Positions 1 to 7,202 of a stretch of DNA of 25,310 nucleotides are shown here, piece after piece. A program made the translations under genes and the position numbers. This DNA is from a virus (lineage: Duplodnaviria; Caudoviricetes): the IMG/VR virus record IMGVR_UViG_3300035101_000029, positions 1-25,310 of that record; one strand, given 5' to 3'. How positions within the stretch are numbered: the stretch's first letter is position 1; each line of letters starts with the position of its first letter. The notes below the pieces were generated by a model. That model was not told the origin of the DNA. It saw only the letters and a list, made by a program, of their open reading frames with translations, and searched no databases.

Positions 1-72
1 ATAAATTATGATTGTAAAAAGTGGAATGATATTAAAGAATCTATTAAAACAAAACCTACCAAACCCAACTAA
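1..72 (+). CDS. 3' end of a CDS entering from outside the window (…INYDCKKWNDIKESIKTKPTKPN*), function unknown
   Basis: Open frame from base 1 to TAA at 70-72, immediately followed by a terminator-like hairpin. Confidence 0.5.
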   Translation: MNYDCKKWNDIKESIKTKPTKPN

Positions 73-75
73 TTT

Positions 76-121
76 AAAATTGATGTTATCTTTTTAACTC
101 TGAGGATAACATCAATTTTTT
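76..121 (+). terminator. Rho-independent terminator-like hairpin
   Basis: 15-bp inverted repeat AAAATTGATGTTATC (76-90) / GATAACATCAATTTT (105-119) ending in a T run, right after a stop codon. Confidence 0.7.
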
Positions 122-600
122 ATTCTAGTTACATGCCAGTTACATGATGCAATAAATTCCTTTTAATTGAAAAATATAAGTATAAATATTTTAATGTAAC
201 CAATGAAGGTTACAAAATTCATTTTTGGACACACTTGGACATTCACTATTGATCATAGATACAAAAATGGTGTAACATTAGTAACATTTACTAGTTACGC
301 CTCTATGCAAGACTGCTACTTATGTAGAGCCATTTGTAACTTTTTTTTTGATTTTGTAGAAAAATATTATTATATATATAAGTATATATATGTAAATATA
401 TGTAAAAAATATTTTTATTATATATTCTTATATATATATATATATGTTACAACTACATATATATATATATAATATTCATCAACACTAAATTTAAGTGTAA
501 CTTTTTGTGTAACATTTTGTAACCAATTTTAGCTCAAATGTTTCAGTAAAAAAAAATATGCACTATTACTAGGTTTTAGACGTAACCAAAAAAAAATTTA
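121..600. repeat. Putative replication origin: GTAAC/GTTAC iteron-like array with a central AT-rich/(TA)n element
   Basis: GTTAC at 128, 139, 209, 294, 446; GTAAC at 196, 272, 281, 336, 497, 509, 519, 582; (TA)n tracts at about 370-390, 429-445, 457-471; non-coding and just upstream of the replication helicase-like operon. The repeats are directly visible, the origin role is inferred. Confidence 0.6.
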
Positions 601-617
601 AAAAAATTTATATTAAC

Positions 618-653
618 TTTTGTGTGTTTATGCTATAATATTAACACACAAAA
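618..653 (+). promoter_or_regulatory. Extended -10 promoter (TGcTATAAT, 631-639) inside an 11-bp inverted repeat (putative operator)
   Basis: TTTTGTGTGTT (618-628) / AACACACAAAA (643-653) flank TGCTATAAT upstream of the AbrB-like gene. Confidence 0.6.
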
Positions 654-710
654 AATATATTAATAGAATAATAGAAAAAGCTTGAAAGCTTGCATAGGAG
701 GATATATATT

Positions 711-884
711 ATGGCACTAATTAAGAAAGTTGCTAAATATGGCTCAAATAATTGTAAATGTATTGTTTTATCTAAAGATATTAGAGCGTTAATAAATATT
801 AAAGATTATATATCTATTACTGTAGATAACAATAAATTGATAATTGAAGCCATAAAAGATGATTCAATAAAAAATAAAACTTAA
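711..884 (+). CDS. AbrB/MazE/SpoVT-like small DNA-binding protein (57 aa)
   Basis: AGGAGG RBS at 696-701 before ATG 711; pattern KKVAKYGSNN-CIVLSKDIRALINI-ITVDNNKLIIE matches the swapped-hairpin AbrB fold. Confidence 0.65.
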   Translation: MALIKKVAKYGSNNCKCIVLSKDIRALINIKDYISITVDNNKLIIEAIKDDSIKNKT

Positions 885-895
885 GGGGAGCTTTT

Positions 896-2833
896 ATGGG
901 TATTAAGAAGAATAATATTTTGAAATTATCAAAAATATTACAACATAGAATGAATTCTATTAAATTAGGAAAAGATACAATTTATCTTAAATTTGATAAT
1001 TTAGATAAATTATATGAGGTAGCATTAAAAGAAAAAAATGTATTTATTAAAATAGATAAAAAAATCACACCAGATGAGGCAAACTATATAAAGAACACTA
1101 TCAAAAATAAATATAATAGAGAATGCATTATAAAAGAATCTGTAAATGGTTTTGTTGTTCCAGATGGGTTTATTTATGATGATAAAGGTATTTTAGCTAA
1201 AAAAGAAAGAGTTATAGGAAAAAGTATTCAATATTATTATGAAAGAATATCCGATAAGTGGCTTTTTATAAAATCTAAAGTTTACAGCAAGTATCATGAC
1301 GTTTTTCAATTTGAAGTTGAGAGCATTGATCCATTTACAAAAGAATCAATTATTGAATTATGCTCCGCCGACACAATTGGAAAATGGGCAAACTGTATAT
1401 CTTTTTTAATGAATTCTCTATCAATTAATACTCAAGAAGATTTTAAAAGAGATTTAACAAATTTATTTAATAAAATAAACGAGGAAAATGATATTAAATT
1501 TAAAGTAACAATGCCATACATGGGATGGAATGAAGATAATACAGAATTTTTCCCATATTCAAACAACTTGCATATGGATTACACTGGGGATACAAGCAAA
1601 TATTTGAAAAATACAATGAAGTCATTTGATGGAAAAGGTGATATAAATTTATTTATAAACAAATTAAAAGAATTTACAAAAGATAATATTGATAGTGATT
1701 TTATAATATCTGAAAAATTCGCCGCCCCTCTTCTTGATCTTATAGGAATAAGAAGTTTTTCCATAAATTATTATGGGAAATCTGGTAATTTTAAATCTTT
1801 AGCAAATAAATTTGGAATGGCTTGTTTTGGTGATCCAATGAAAATTTCTTCAAATGGTGGAGATACTAAACTTGTATTAATTGAAAAACTTGCAAAATTT
1901 CATAATTTACCGTTCTATGTTGATGAAATAACAAGTGAATCAATGAATATCTATGCGGTTGGCAATGAAAGTGGTAGACATAGATTAAATAGAAGCGGAA
2001 AAATTATGGAAGCTGTTAATTGGAGAACTATTTTATCGTGTACTTCTGAACATTCTATGGAAGAAGATTCTAACAAAGAAGGTGAAATCAATCGTGTAAT
2101 TTGTATTCCTGTAGATTGTATTCCAAAATATATTAATAAAAATTCCAATAATTATATTAAAGAAGAATTCGCCAGAAAAAATTATTTATTCATAAAGAAT
2201 AATTATGGATTATTAGGAGAATTGTATATACAAGAAGTTATAAAAATTAAAGATAATTTAAATGATTTATATGAAAAAATATTAAATCAAATATTTGATC
2301 CAAACAAAAATAAACAACATTTATATATGATAGCTGTAATAAGTCTTGCAAACTATATCTATCGTAAACTTTTTTTTGATATTGATGATCTTAAATATTC
2401 TATATTTCTTGGAAAATATTTTGTATCAAGATTACAAGATATTAAAAATTTAGACCCTGAAATAAAGATGTTAAATACTATATTAGAATTTTATGATATT
2501 AATGAAAATGCTTTTAAAATTGTTGGAAAAGAATTCAAATGTAATTATTGTTATGGAGCAGTAAAAGATAATCAAATATATTTTATTCTGGGGCCATTAA
2601 AAGAATATTTAATTAAAAAAGGTTTCAATTGGAATGATAAGAAAAGCCTTATTGATAGAGGACTTATTGAATACAAAGGGGCCCGAATTGATAATGATGT
2701 AAAAAAACGAATAATAATTAGCAAAGAAATATTAATTAAAAATACAAATAAAACTCTTTGGGATGACATGACTCCTGAAGGAATCATAAATGAATTAGGT
2801 GATAATGATTTACCACTGCCACCTAAATTCTAA
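896..2833 (+). CDS. DUF927-family (Cch-like) replication helicase/ATPase, 645 aa
   Basis: MGW motif, FAAPLL helix, Walker A-like YYGKSGNFKS, Walker B PFYVDE, GNESGRHRLNRSG arginine motif, W-RTILSCTSE; this order of motifs is typical of DUF927 proteins of phages, PICIs and SCCmec. Confidence 0.75.
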   Translation: MGIKKNNILKLSKILQHRMNSIKLGKDTIYLKFDNLDKLYEVALKEKNVFIKIDKKITPDEANYIKNTIKNKYNRECIIKESVNGFVVPDGFIYDDKGILAKKERVIGKSIQYYYERISDKWLFIKSKVYSKYHDVFQFEVESIDPFTKESIIELCSADTIGKWANCISFLMNSLSINTQEDFKRDLTNLFNKINEENDIKFKVTMPYMGWNEDNTEFFPYSNNLHMDYTGDTSKYLKNTMKSFDGKGDINLFINKLKEFTKDNIDSDFIISEKFAAPLLDLIGIRSFSINYYGKSGNFKSLANKFGMACFGDPMKISSNGGDTKLVLIEKLAKFHNLPFYVDEITSESMNIYAVGNESGRHRLNRSGKIMEAVNWRTILSCTSEHSMEEDSNKEGEINRVICIPVDCIPKYINKNSNNYIKEEFARKNYLFIKNNYGLLGELYIQEVIKIKDNLNDLYEKILNQIFDPNKNKQHLYMIAVISLANYIYRKLFFDIDDLKYSIFLGKYFVSRLQDIKNLDPEIKMLNTILEFYDINENAFKIVGKEFKCNYCYGAVKDNQIYFILGPLKEYLIKKGFNWNDKKSLIDRGLIEYKGARIDNDVKKRIIISKEILIKNTNKTLWDDMTPEGIINELGDNDLPLPPKF

Positions 2834-2851
2834 AAAAGAAAGGATAAAACA

Positions 2852-3208
2852 ATGAAAGAAAAAATGAAAGCAATGATATTAAATTTATTAAAAGAAAGAA
2901 GCGAAGGTATAAGCTTTGCACAAATAGAAAATATGTTTGATGATAACGATATTGATTATAATGGGGATCATATTATTGGATCATCAAAATATAAAAAGAT
3001 ATATTATTGGTTGAATATGTCCGACGACTTTTCAAGTGCAATAATCGAACTCAGAAAAGAAGATAATATAGAATTTAGTGAATGTAACGTAATAATATAT
3101 TTAGCAGATGGAAAAATAATTAAATATCCATTAGCAAGAAAAGCCATTCAATATGAGGAGCCGCATTGGCTTCCAGTTATTATAAAAATGAAAGAGGTGA
3201 AAATATGA
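2852..3208 (+). CDS. SaPI 'pathogenicity island protein' / Ppi-like protein (118 aa)
   Basis: RBS AAGGA; motifs ISFAQIENMF, DYNG, IYYW, IIYLADGK..YP and HWLPV resemble, from memory, the protein encoded after rep/ori in staphylococcal SaPIs; needs HMM confirmation. Confidence 0.55.
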   Translation: MKEKMKAMILNLLKERSEGISFAQIENMFDDNDIDYNGDHIIGSSKYKKIYYWLNMSDDFSSAIIELRKEDNIEFSECNVIIYLADGKIIKYPLARKAIQYEEPHWLPVIIKMKEVKI

Positions 3209-3459
3209 ACTTTATAAAATTAAAGCAAATCAATGAAGATGCAAAATTAATCAATTTTTTCTTTTCAGGTCAATTAACAAAAGACTATGAAATAAAAGTT
3301 GATTCAAAAAAATTTGAAGTAGATAAACTTAATATTGCTTTAAATCAATTATATGAAAATAGCAAGTTAAGGCAACAATGGGAAGCTAAGAAAGAAGGGA
3401 AATTTATTGTTATCAGTCAATTGGATATCAATAAAAATCTTAAAAAAAAATTAAAATAG
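3205..3459 (+). CDS. hypothetical protein (84 aa)
   Basis: GAGGTG RBS; ATG 3205 overlaps the previous TGA (ATGA coupling), so the start is moved from 3166. Confidence 0.65.
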   Translation: MNFIKLKQINEDAKLINFFFSGQLTKDYEIKVDSKKFEVDKLNIALNQLYENSKLRQQWEAKKEGKFIVISQLDINKNLKKKLK

Positions 3460-3495
3460 ATTTTTAAAACTGATAAAAAGAGAGGAGATTTTAAA

Positions 3496-3819
3496 ATGTA
3501 TATTGAATACTGGATCGATAATAAAGATAGCGAAAATGAATTACATTATATGAAGATTTCTAATACTGGAATTATTATTACAGGAATAACAAAAAAAGAT
3601 ACATTTAGACTATTAAAAGAAAGATTAAATCAATTTATTACTGATTTTAAACAATTAAAAACAGTTGAAATTGGTAATATTCAAGAAAAGAATTCGCCTT
3701 ATGAAGAGGAAATTAATATTATTCCTGAAATCATTAAAAGAGATAGAGATTTTGAGGATTATCTGGAACATAAAATAAGACAAGAAAAAAGAAAGGGGAA
3801 ATTTACTAATGATAAATGA
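3496..3819 (+). CDS. hypothetical protein (107 aa)
   Basis: GAGGAG RBS, tightly packed in the + strand operon. Confidence 0.7.
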   Translation: MYIEYWIDNKDSENELHYMKISNTGIIITGITKKDTFRLLKERLNQFITDFKQLKTVEIGNIQEKNSPYEEEINIIPEIIKRDRDFEDYLEHKIRQEKRKGKFTNDK

Positions 3820-4240
3820 TATAGAAGTTGTAATCTGTCCTGAATGCTTAGAGGTAGATAAAAAAATAAATTGCTTTCTAAGTGAAAATGAATTTCAATG
3901 TAATGACTGTAATACAAAATTTACAATGGAAAATAATTATACTGGCAGAATTTCAGATGGATATCATTCATTTAATGAACTGTACTATCATAAAATGATA
4001 TTATTTTCTACTATTTGTAATATTTATAAAAACAAATCTTGGAAAAGTAAATTTCATCATGACGGAACAATGTATAAAAATCATTTTATAGTTGGAGTAT
4101 TAACTCCAAAAGGTCATTTTAGTTACCATTTTGAGCTTAAACATTGGGATATGTTTAAAATAGGTATTTATGATAAAGCTCCTAAATGGGATGGTCATGT
4201 ATCAAAAGATATTGATAGATTGTTGAGTCTATTACCATGA
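3809..4240 (+). CDS. Conserved phage protein with WDGH-type domain and N-terminal Zn ribbon
   Basis: CPEC…CNDC followed by SDGYHSFNELYYH, KSWKSKFHHDG, SYH, APKWDGH. Confidence 0.7.
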   Translation: MINDIEVVICPECLEVDKKINCFLSENEFQCNDCNTKFTMENNYTGRISDGYHSFNELYYHKMILFSTICNIYKNKSWKSKFHHDGTMYKNHFIVGVLTPKGHFSYHFELKHWDMFKIGIYDKAPKWDGHVSKDIDRLLSLLP

Positions 4241-4602
4241 ATAAGGATCAATTAAAGAGAGAATTCAAAAAGAATTTAAAAATTTTAAAACTATGGAGAA
4301 TGGGGAATAAAAAAATGTTAGATTATAATTTTTGTGATAAATGTAAAGAAAGTAAAATTGATGATGTTTGCGATATAAGAGAATTCGCAAATGATGACGA
4401 AATATATATATGTAATGAATGTATTAAAAAAATGATTGAAAATAAAGAAATTATTGTAAATAATGATATTTTAAATAATGAGTTATTCTCATTTACTAAG
4501 AAGGGAATAGAAATTAAAATAAAAGAAATTCAAAAAGAGCTTGAAATCTTAATTAATTATGAAAATAGATACCTTAGAGAACTAAAAGAAATGGAGAAAT
4601 AA
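4237..4602 (+). CDS. hypothetical protein with CxxC…CxxC motif
   Basis: ATGA overlap with the upstream gene; CDKC and CNEC pairs. Confidence 0.6.
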   Translation: MNKDQLKREFKKNLKILKLWRMGNKKMLDYNFCDKCKESKIDDVCDIREFANDDEIYICNECIKKMIENKEIIVNNDILNNELFSFTKKGIEIKIKEIQKELEILINYENRYLRELKEMEK

Positions 4603-4606
4603 AACA

Positions 4607-4990
4607 ATGAAAAAAAGAATAAAATGCACATATTGTCATAGAGTACATATAACAAATAAATCAGGATTGTGTTCAGATTGCCAAAAAGAAATTAAAGAAA
4701 AACAATTTCTAGAAACAAGGATCATGTCAAATAGATTTTTAAAACTTGAATGGATCGTTTTTGAATTCAATTGGGATAAAAAGAACACTAAGCATTTTTT
4801 ACAGTTTTCGGAAATGAATCATATAAGACAAGATGATAAATGTTATGTTGTGATTTATTCCTTAAATGATCTTTTAGACATTGATTCAATGTTAAATGTT
4901 TTTTGTTTAATAAACAACTTAGAAGCACATAAAATAAGAGCCGATATCTCAAATATTGGAATGCAAAATAAAATACAAGTTGTGAGGTAG
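4607..4990 (+). CDS. hypothetical protein with N-terminal Zn finger
   Basis: GGAG RBS; CTYC…CSDC. Confidence 0.65.
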   Translation: MKKRIKCTYCHRVHITNKSGLCSDCQKEIKEKQFLETRIMSNRFLKLEWIVFEFNWDKKNTKHFLQFSEMNHIRQDDKCYVVIYSLNDLLDIDSMLNVFCLINNLEAHKIRADISNIGMQNKIQVVR

Positions 4991-4999
4991 AAAAATATT

Positions 5000-5200
5000 A
5001 TGAAAAATTTTGATTTTGATATTGATTCAATAATAGGAAAAACAATAAAAAATATTGATAATGATCTTAGTGAAGGTTATATAAAAATAACATTCACTGA
5101 TAATACAGCCATTGTTTTTGAAGCCGATACAAGCGGAGATTACGGAGAATATAACACTCCAATACGTTGTAGAAAGGGAAATGAATATGATGAAATATAG
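5000..5200 (+). CDS. hypothetical protein (66 aa)
   Basis: GAGG RBS; IIGKTIKNI…IKITFTDNT pattern common in small phage proteins. Confidence 0.6.
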   Translation: MKNFDFDIDSIIGKTIKNIDNDLSEGYIKITFTDNTAIVFEADTSGDYGEYNTPIRCRKGNEYDEI

Positions 5201-5543
5201 ATATTATGATATGCCTAAAATTGCAAAGATTTTCTTAAGTATTTATGATAGGTTGCCACAATTAATAGAGCAGCCAAATGAAGGTTTTCAACTAGAATCA
5301 TTTACTCAAATATGGAACAATACAAGTGGAGGTCATGAAGGAATTGGCGGTTCTTCTATGACTTCACAGTTAACAGTTGTTTTATGGAGTGAAAAGAAAG
5401 CATTTATTTTCTTTGATGGGAATTATGGCTATAAGATAAATTTTTCTTTAGCTAATAAAGAATTATTTTTTAAGGATTTACATAATAAAAATATTGCCGG
5501 TTCGATATCTCAGAAAAAAAGATATCAAAAAATAAGGAAATAG
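5187..5543 (+). CDS. hypothetical phage protein (about 118 aa)
   Basis: GAAAGGGA RBS before ATG 5187 (start moved from 5112); FTQIWNNTSGGHEGIGGSSMT motif; last gene of the + operon. Confidence 0.65.
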   Translation: MMKYRYYDMPKIAKIFLSIYDRLPQLIEQPNEGFQLESFTQIWNNTSGGHEGIGGSSMTSQLTVVLWSEKKAFIFFDGNYGYKINFSLANKELFFKDLHNKNIAGSISQKKRYQKIRK

Positions 5544-5639
5544 ATCATCAATAAAATTCAGATCCATTTCCTATGGGTAAACAAATATAACAAATTAAAT
5601 TTATTTGTATATGATACAATAATTATTATAATACTTTTT

Positions 5640-6080
5640 ACTTAGCAAAATTTGAAAAATATATTAATTTAAAATTATCACTTAGCAAAAAGAGCTTTAA
5701 AAAAATAGCTCTTTTTGTTTTTTGCTAAATATAATATATAATAAAAATTAGAAGTTGCTAAATTAAAATTGCTAAGTTTAAAACTTCTAAAAAATGTATT
5801 TTGTGAATTTTACTTTCCTTTAATTTTAATGTTGCTAAAAACAAAAAAAATCTTTGCTAATATGATTAATCCTTACTTAGCAAGGGTTTTTTTATACCTA
5901 GCAAACTTTAAATTAGCAAGTTTTTAAGTTAGCAAATTTAACCTAGCAACATTAAAATTAGCAAATTTTTAAGTTAGCAATTCAATTAATATTTTAAATT
6001 AGCAAGTTTATATTTAGCAAAAAAAATAATTGCTAAATATAAATATTTATACCTAGCAATTATTTTTTTTAATTAGCAAA
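5640..6080. repeat. Array of 19 (T/C)TAGCAA heptamers in both orientations
   Basis: Forward copies at 5642, 5682, 5877, 5898, 5913, 5929, 5943, 5958, 5974, 5999, 6014, 6053, 6073; reverse TTGCTAA at 5722, 5755, 5769, 5832, 5854, 6030; imperfect 45-bp tandem duplication 5896-5940/5941-5985. Confidence 0.9.
5686..5723. terminator. Probable bidirectional intrinsic terminator
   Basis: CAAAAAGAGCT (5686-5696) / AGCTCTTTTTG (5707-5717) with A and T tails, between convergent operons. Confidence 0.65.
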
Positions 6081-6083
6081 TAA

Positions 6084-6236
6084 TTATTTTTTTCTTAATC
6101 TGTTCCAATAATTTTTTGCATCTTTTTTTATTTTCTGAGTATGATCAATTTCCTTCAAGCATTTTTGAGAGAAATTTCTATTACATTTTTTGTTATTATA
6201 AAAGTAACAATTTTTGTCGTTGTATATACATTCCAT
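6084..6236 (-). CDS. small Cys-rich hypothetical protein (50 aa, MECIYNDKNCYFYNNKKCNRNFSQKCLKE…), below the ORF-track cutoff
   Basis: Manual translation; AGAAAGGA RBS upstream; four Cys. Confidence 0.5.
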   Translation of the reverse strand: MECIYNDKNCYFYNNKKCNRNFSQKCLKEIDHTQKIKKDAKNYWNRLRKK

Positions 6237-6274
6237 TTGCCAATTATTCCTTTCTAATTTTTTTTGAATTTATA

Positions 6275-6304
6275 TAAAAAATAAGAGAGGATAATCCCCT
6301 CTTA
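6275..6304 (-). terminator. Intrinsic terminator
   Basis: Minus strand AAGAGGGGA-TTA-TCCTCTCTT followed by ATTTTTT, just after the stop of 6307-6489. Confidence 0.7.
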
Positions 6305-6306
6305 AA

Positions 6307-6489
6307 TTAATCTAGTTCATACCATTTTTTACCTTTTTTATTTTTTCTATCTGTTACTATTTTATTGTTTTCAACTACGGTTGCTTCGGTGCAATCTTCA
6401 CCGGGTTCAAGGTTACATGATCCTTTACCATTGTTATGTTTACAGCTTTTTATTTGACAATTTCTAATTAATTCTTGATCTTTTCCCAT
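6307..6489 (-). CDS. small Cys-rich protein (DUF1540-like C-x4-C-x-HN-x5-C), 60 aa
   Basis: AAGGAAGGAG RBS; CQIKSCKHNNGKGSC…C. Confidence 0.65.
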   Translation of the reverse strand: MGKDQELIRNCQIKSCKHNNGKGSCNLEPGEDCTEATVVENNKIVTDRKNKKGKKWYELD

Positions 6490-6512
6490 TGTTTTTATCT
6501 CCTTCCTTTATT

Positions 6513-6656
6513 TTAAAATATATCAGGTTCTGACAAGTCAGAATAAGATAATTTTCCTTTTGGTTCTTTAATAAATATATAGGCTGGAATATCTCCAATG
6601 TCTTGTAATTCTTCGATTCTTTCAATTTCGCCTTCTGTAAAATTAAAATCTTTCAT
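6513..6656 (-). CDS. small acidic hypothetical protein (47 aa, MKDFNFTEGEIERIEELQDIGDIPAYIFIKEPKGKLSYSDLSEPDIF), below the ORF-track cutoff
   Basis: Manual translation; GGGAGG RBS 5 nt before ATG, directly downstream of a consensus promoter. Confidence 0.7.
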   Translation of the reverse strand: MKDFNFTEGEIERIEELQDIGDIPAYIFIKEPKGKLSYSDLSEPDIF

Positions 6657-6696
6657 AACTGCCTCCCATAAGTTTAATATTTTTCTTACTACATCT

Positions 6697-6725
6697 ATTA
6701 TATTACATAGAATCTATTTTGTCAA
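6697..6725 (-). promoter_or_regulatory. Consensus sigma-A/sigma-70 promoter
   Basis: Minus strand TTGACA-17 nt-TATAAT, overlapping the ERCC4 gene stop. Confidence 0.85.
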
Positions 6726-7202
6726 CTCTTTAAGAAAATTATGGAAGATTTTCAACATTGCCCATCCTGCATCATTCTTGTCTTGACAAAAGAAAATATT
6801 GTCAATATATCCTTTATTATACCAAGAATTTAGTGAGCCTATGAATGCATTAGGATGTAATTTTGATCTATATCTATGTTCTTTTATATCTTCTTGAGTA
6901 GCATTTTCAATTAAAAGAACCATTTTAGCTCCTGCTTCTTTTGCTCTTTTAAACTCATTTTTAAATCGTTCTCGGCGATTTATCGGATTATCCTTTTTGC
7001 CTGAAGTTAGATTTAAAGCTAATTCATCAAGGCTATTTTTTCTTTCAATTACAATCAAATTTCTATAATCTGTGTTATGATCAATAAATGAATAATCACC
7101 GAATTTTAATGTTTGTTTTCTTTTAACCGATATTTTATTAACAGCCATATAATTTAATATATGGCTGTTCTCCTTTTCTCTAGAATCAATTAATATAATC
7201 AT
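6714..7202 (-). CDS. ERCC4/XPF-domain structure-specific nuclease (putative resolvase)
   Basis: IDSREK, GDY, IERKNSLDEL, LLIE motifs; start 7202 overlaps the upstream stop (ATGA). Confidence 0.85.
   Translation of the reverse strand: MIILIDSREKENSHILNYMAVNKISVKRKQTLKFGDYSFIDHNTDYRNLIVIERKNSLDELALNLTSGKKDNPINRRERFKNEFKRAKEAGAKMVLLIENATQEDIKEHRYRSKLHPNAFIGSLNSWYNKGYIDNIFFCQDKNDAGWAMLKIFHNFLKELTK

Noticed and set aside
1-72. KKWND as the C-terminal KDWND motif of a Toprim primase
   Set aside because: Only 23 residues are visible and the match is imperfect, so it cannot be supported
203-472. 89-aa ORF in the track
   Set aside because: No RBS; the Y/I-rich translation is a by-product of the (TA)n tracts in the origin-like region
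1579-2787. Three minus-strand ORFs (1579-1764, 1951-2148, 2572-2787)
   Set aside because: Antisense shadows of the DUF927 gene with no RBS or recognisable motifs
6007-6043. CIRCE (HrcA operator) resemblance of TTAGCA…TGCTAA
   Set aside because: CIRCE is TTAGCACTC-N9-GAGTGCTAA; the CTC/GAG bases are absent and the spacing is shorter
5640-6080. CRISPR array or mini-array interpretation
   Set aside because: Repeat unit is only 7 bp, occurs in both orientations with 14-16 bp spacing, and has no unique 30-40 bp spacers
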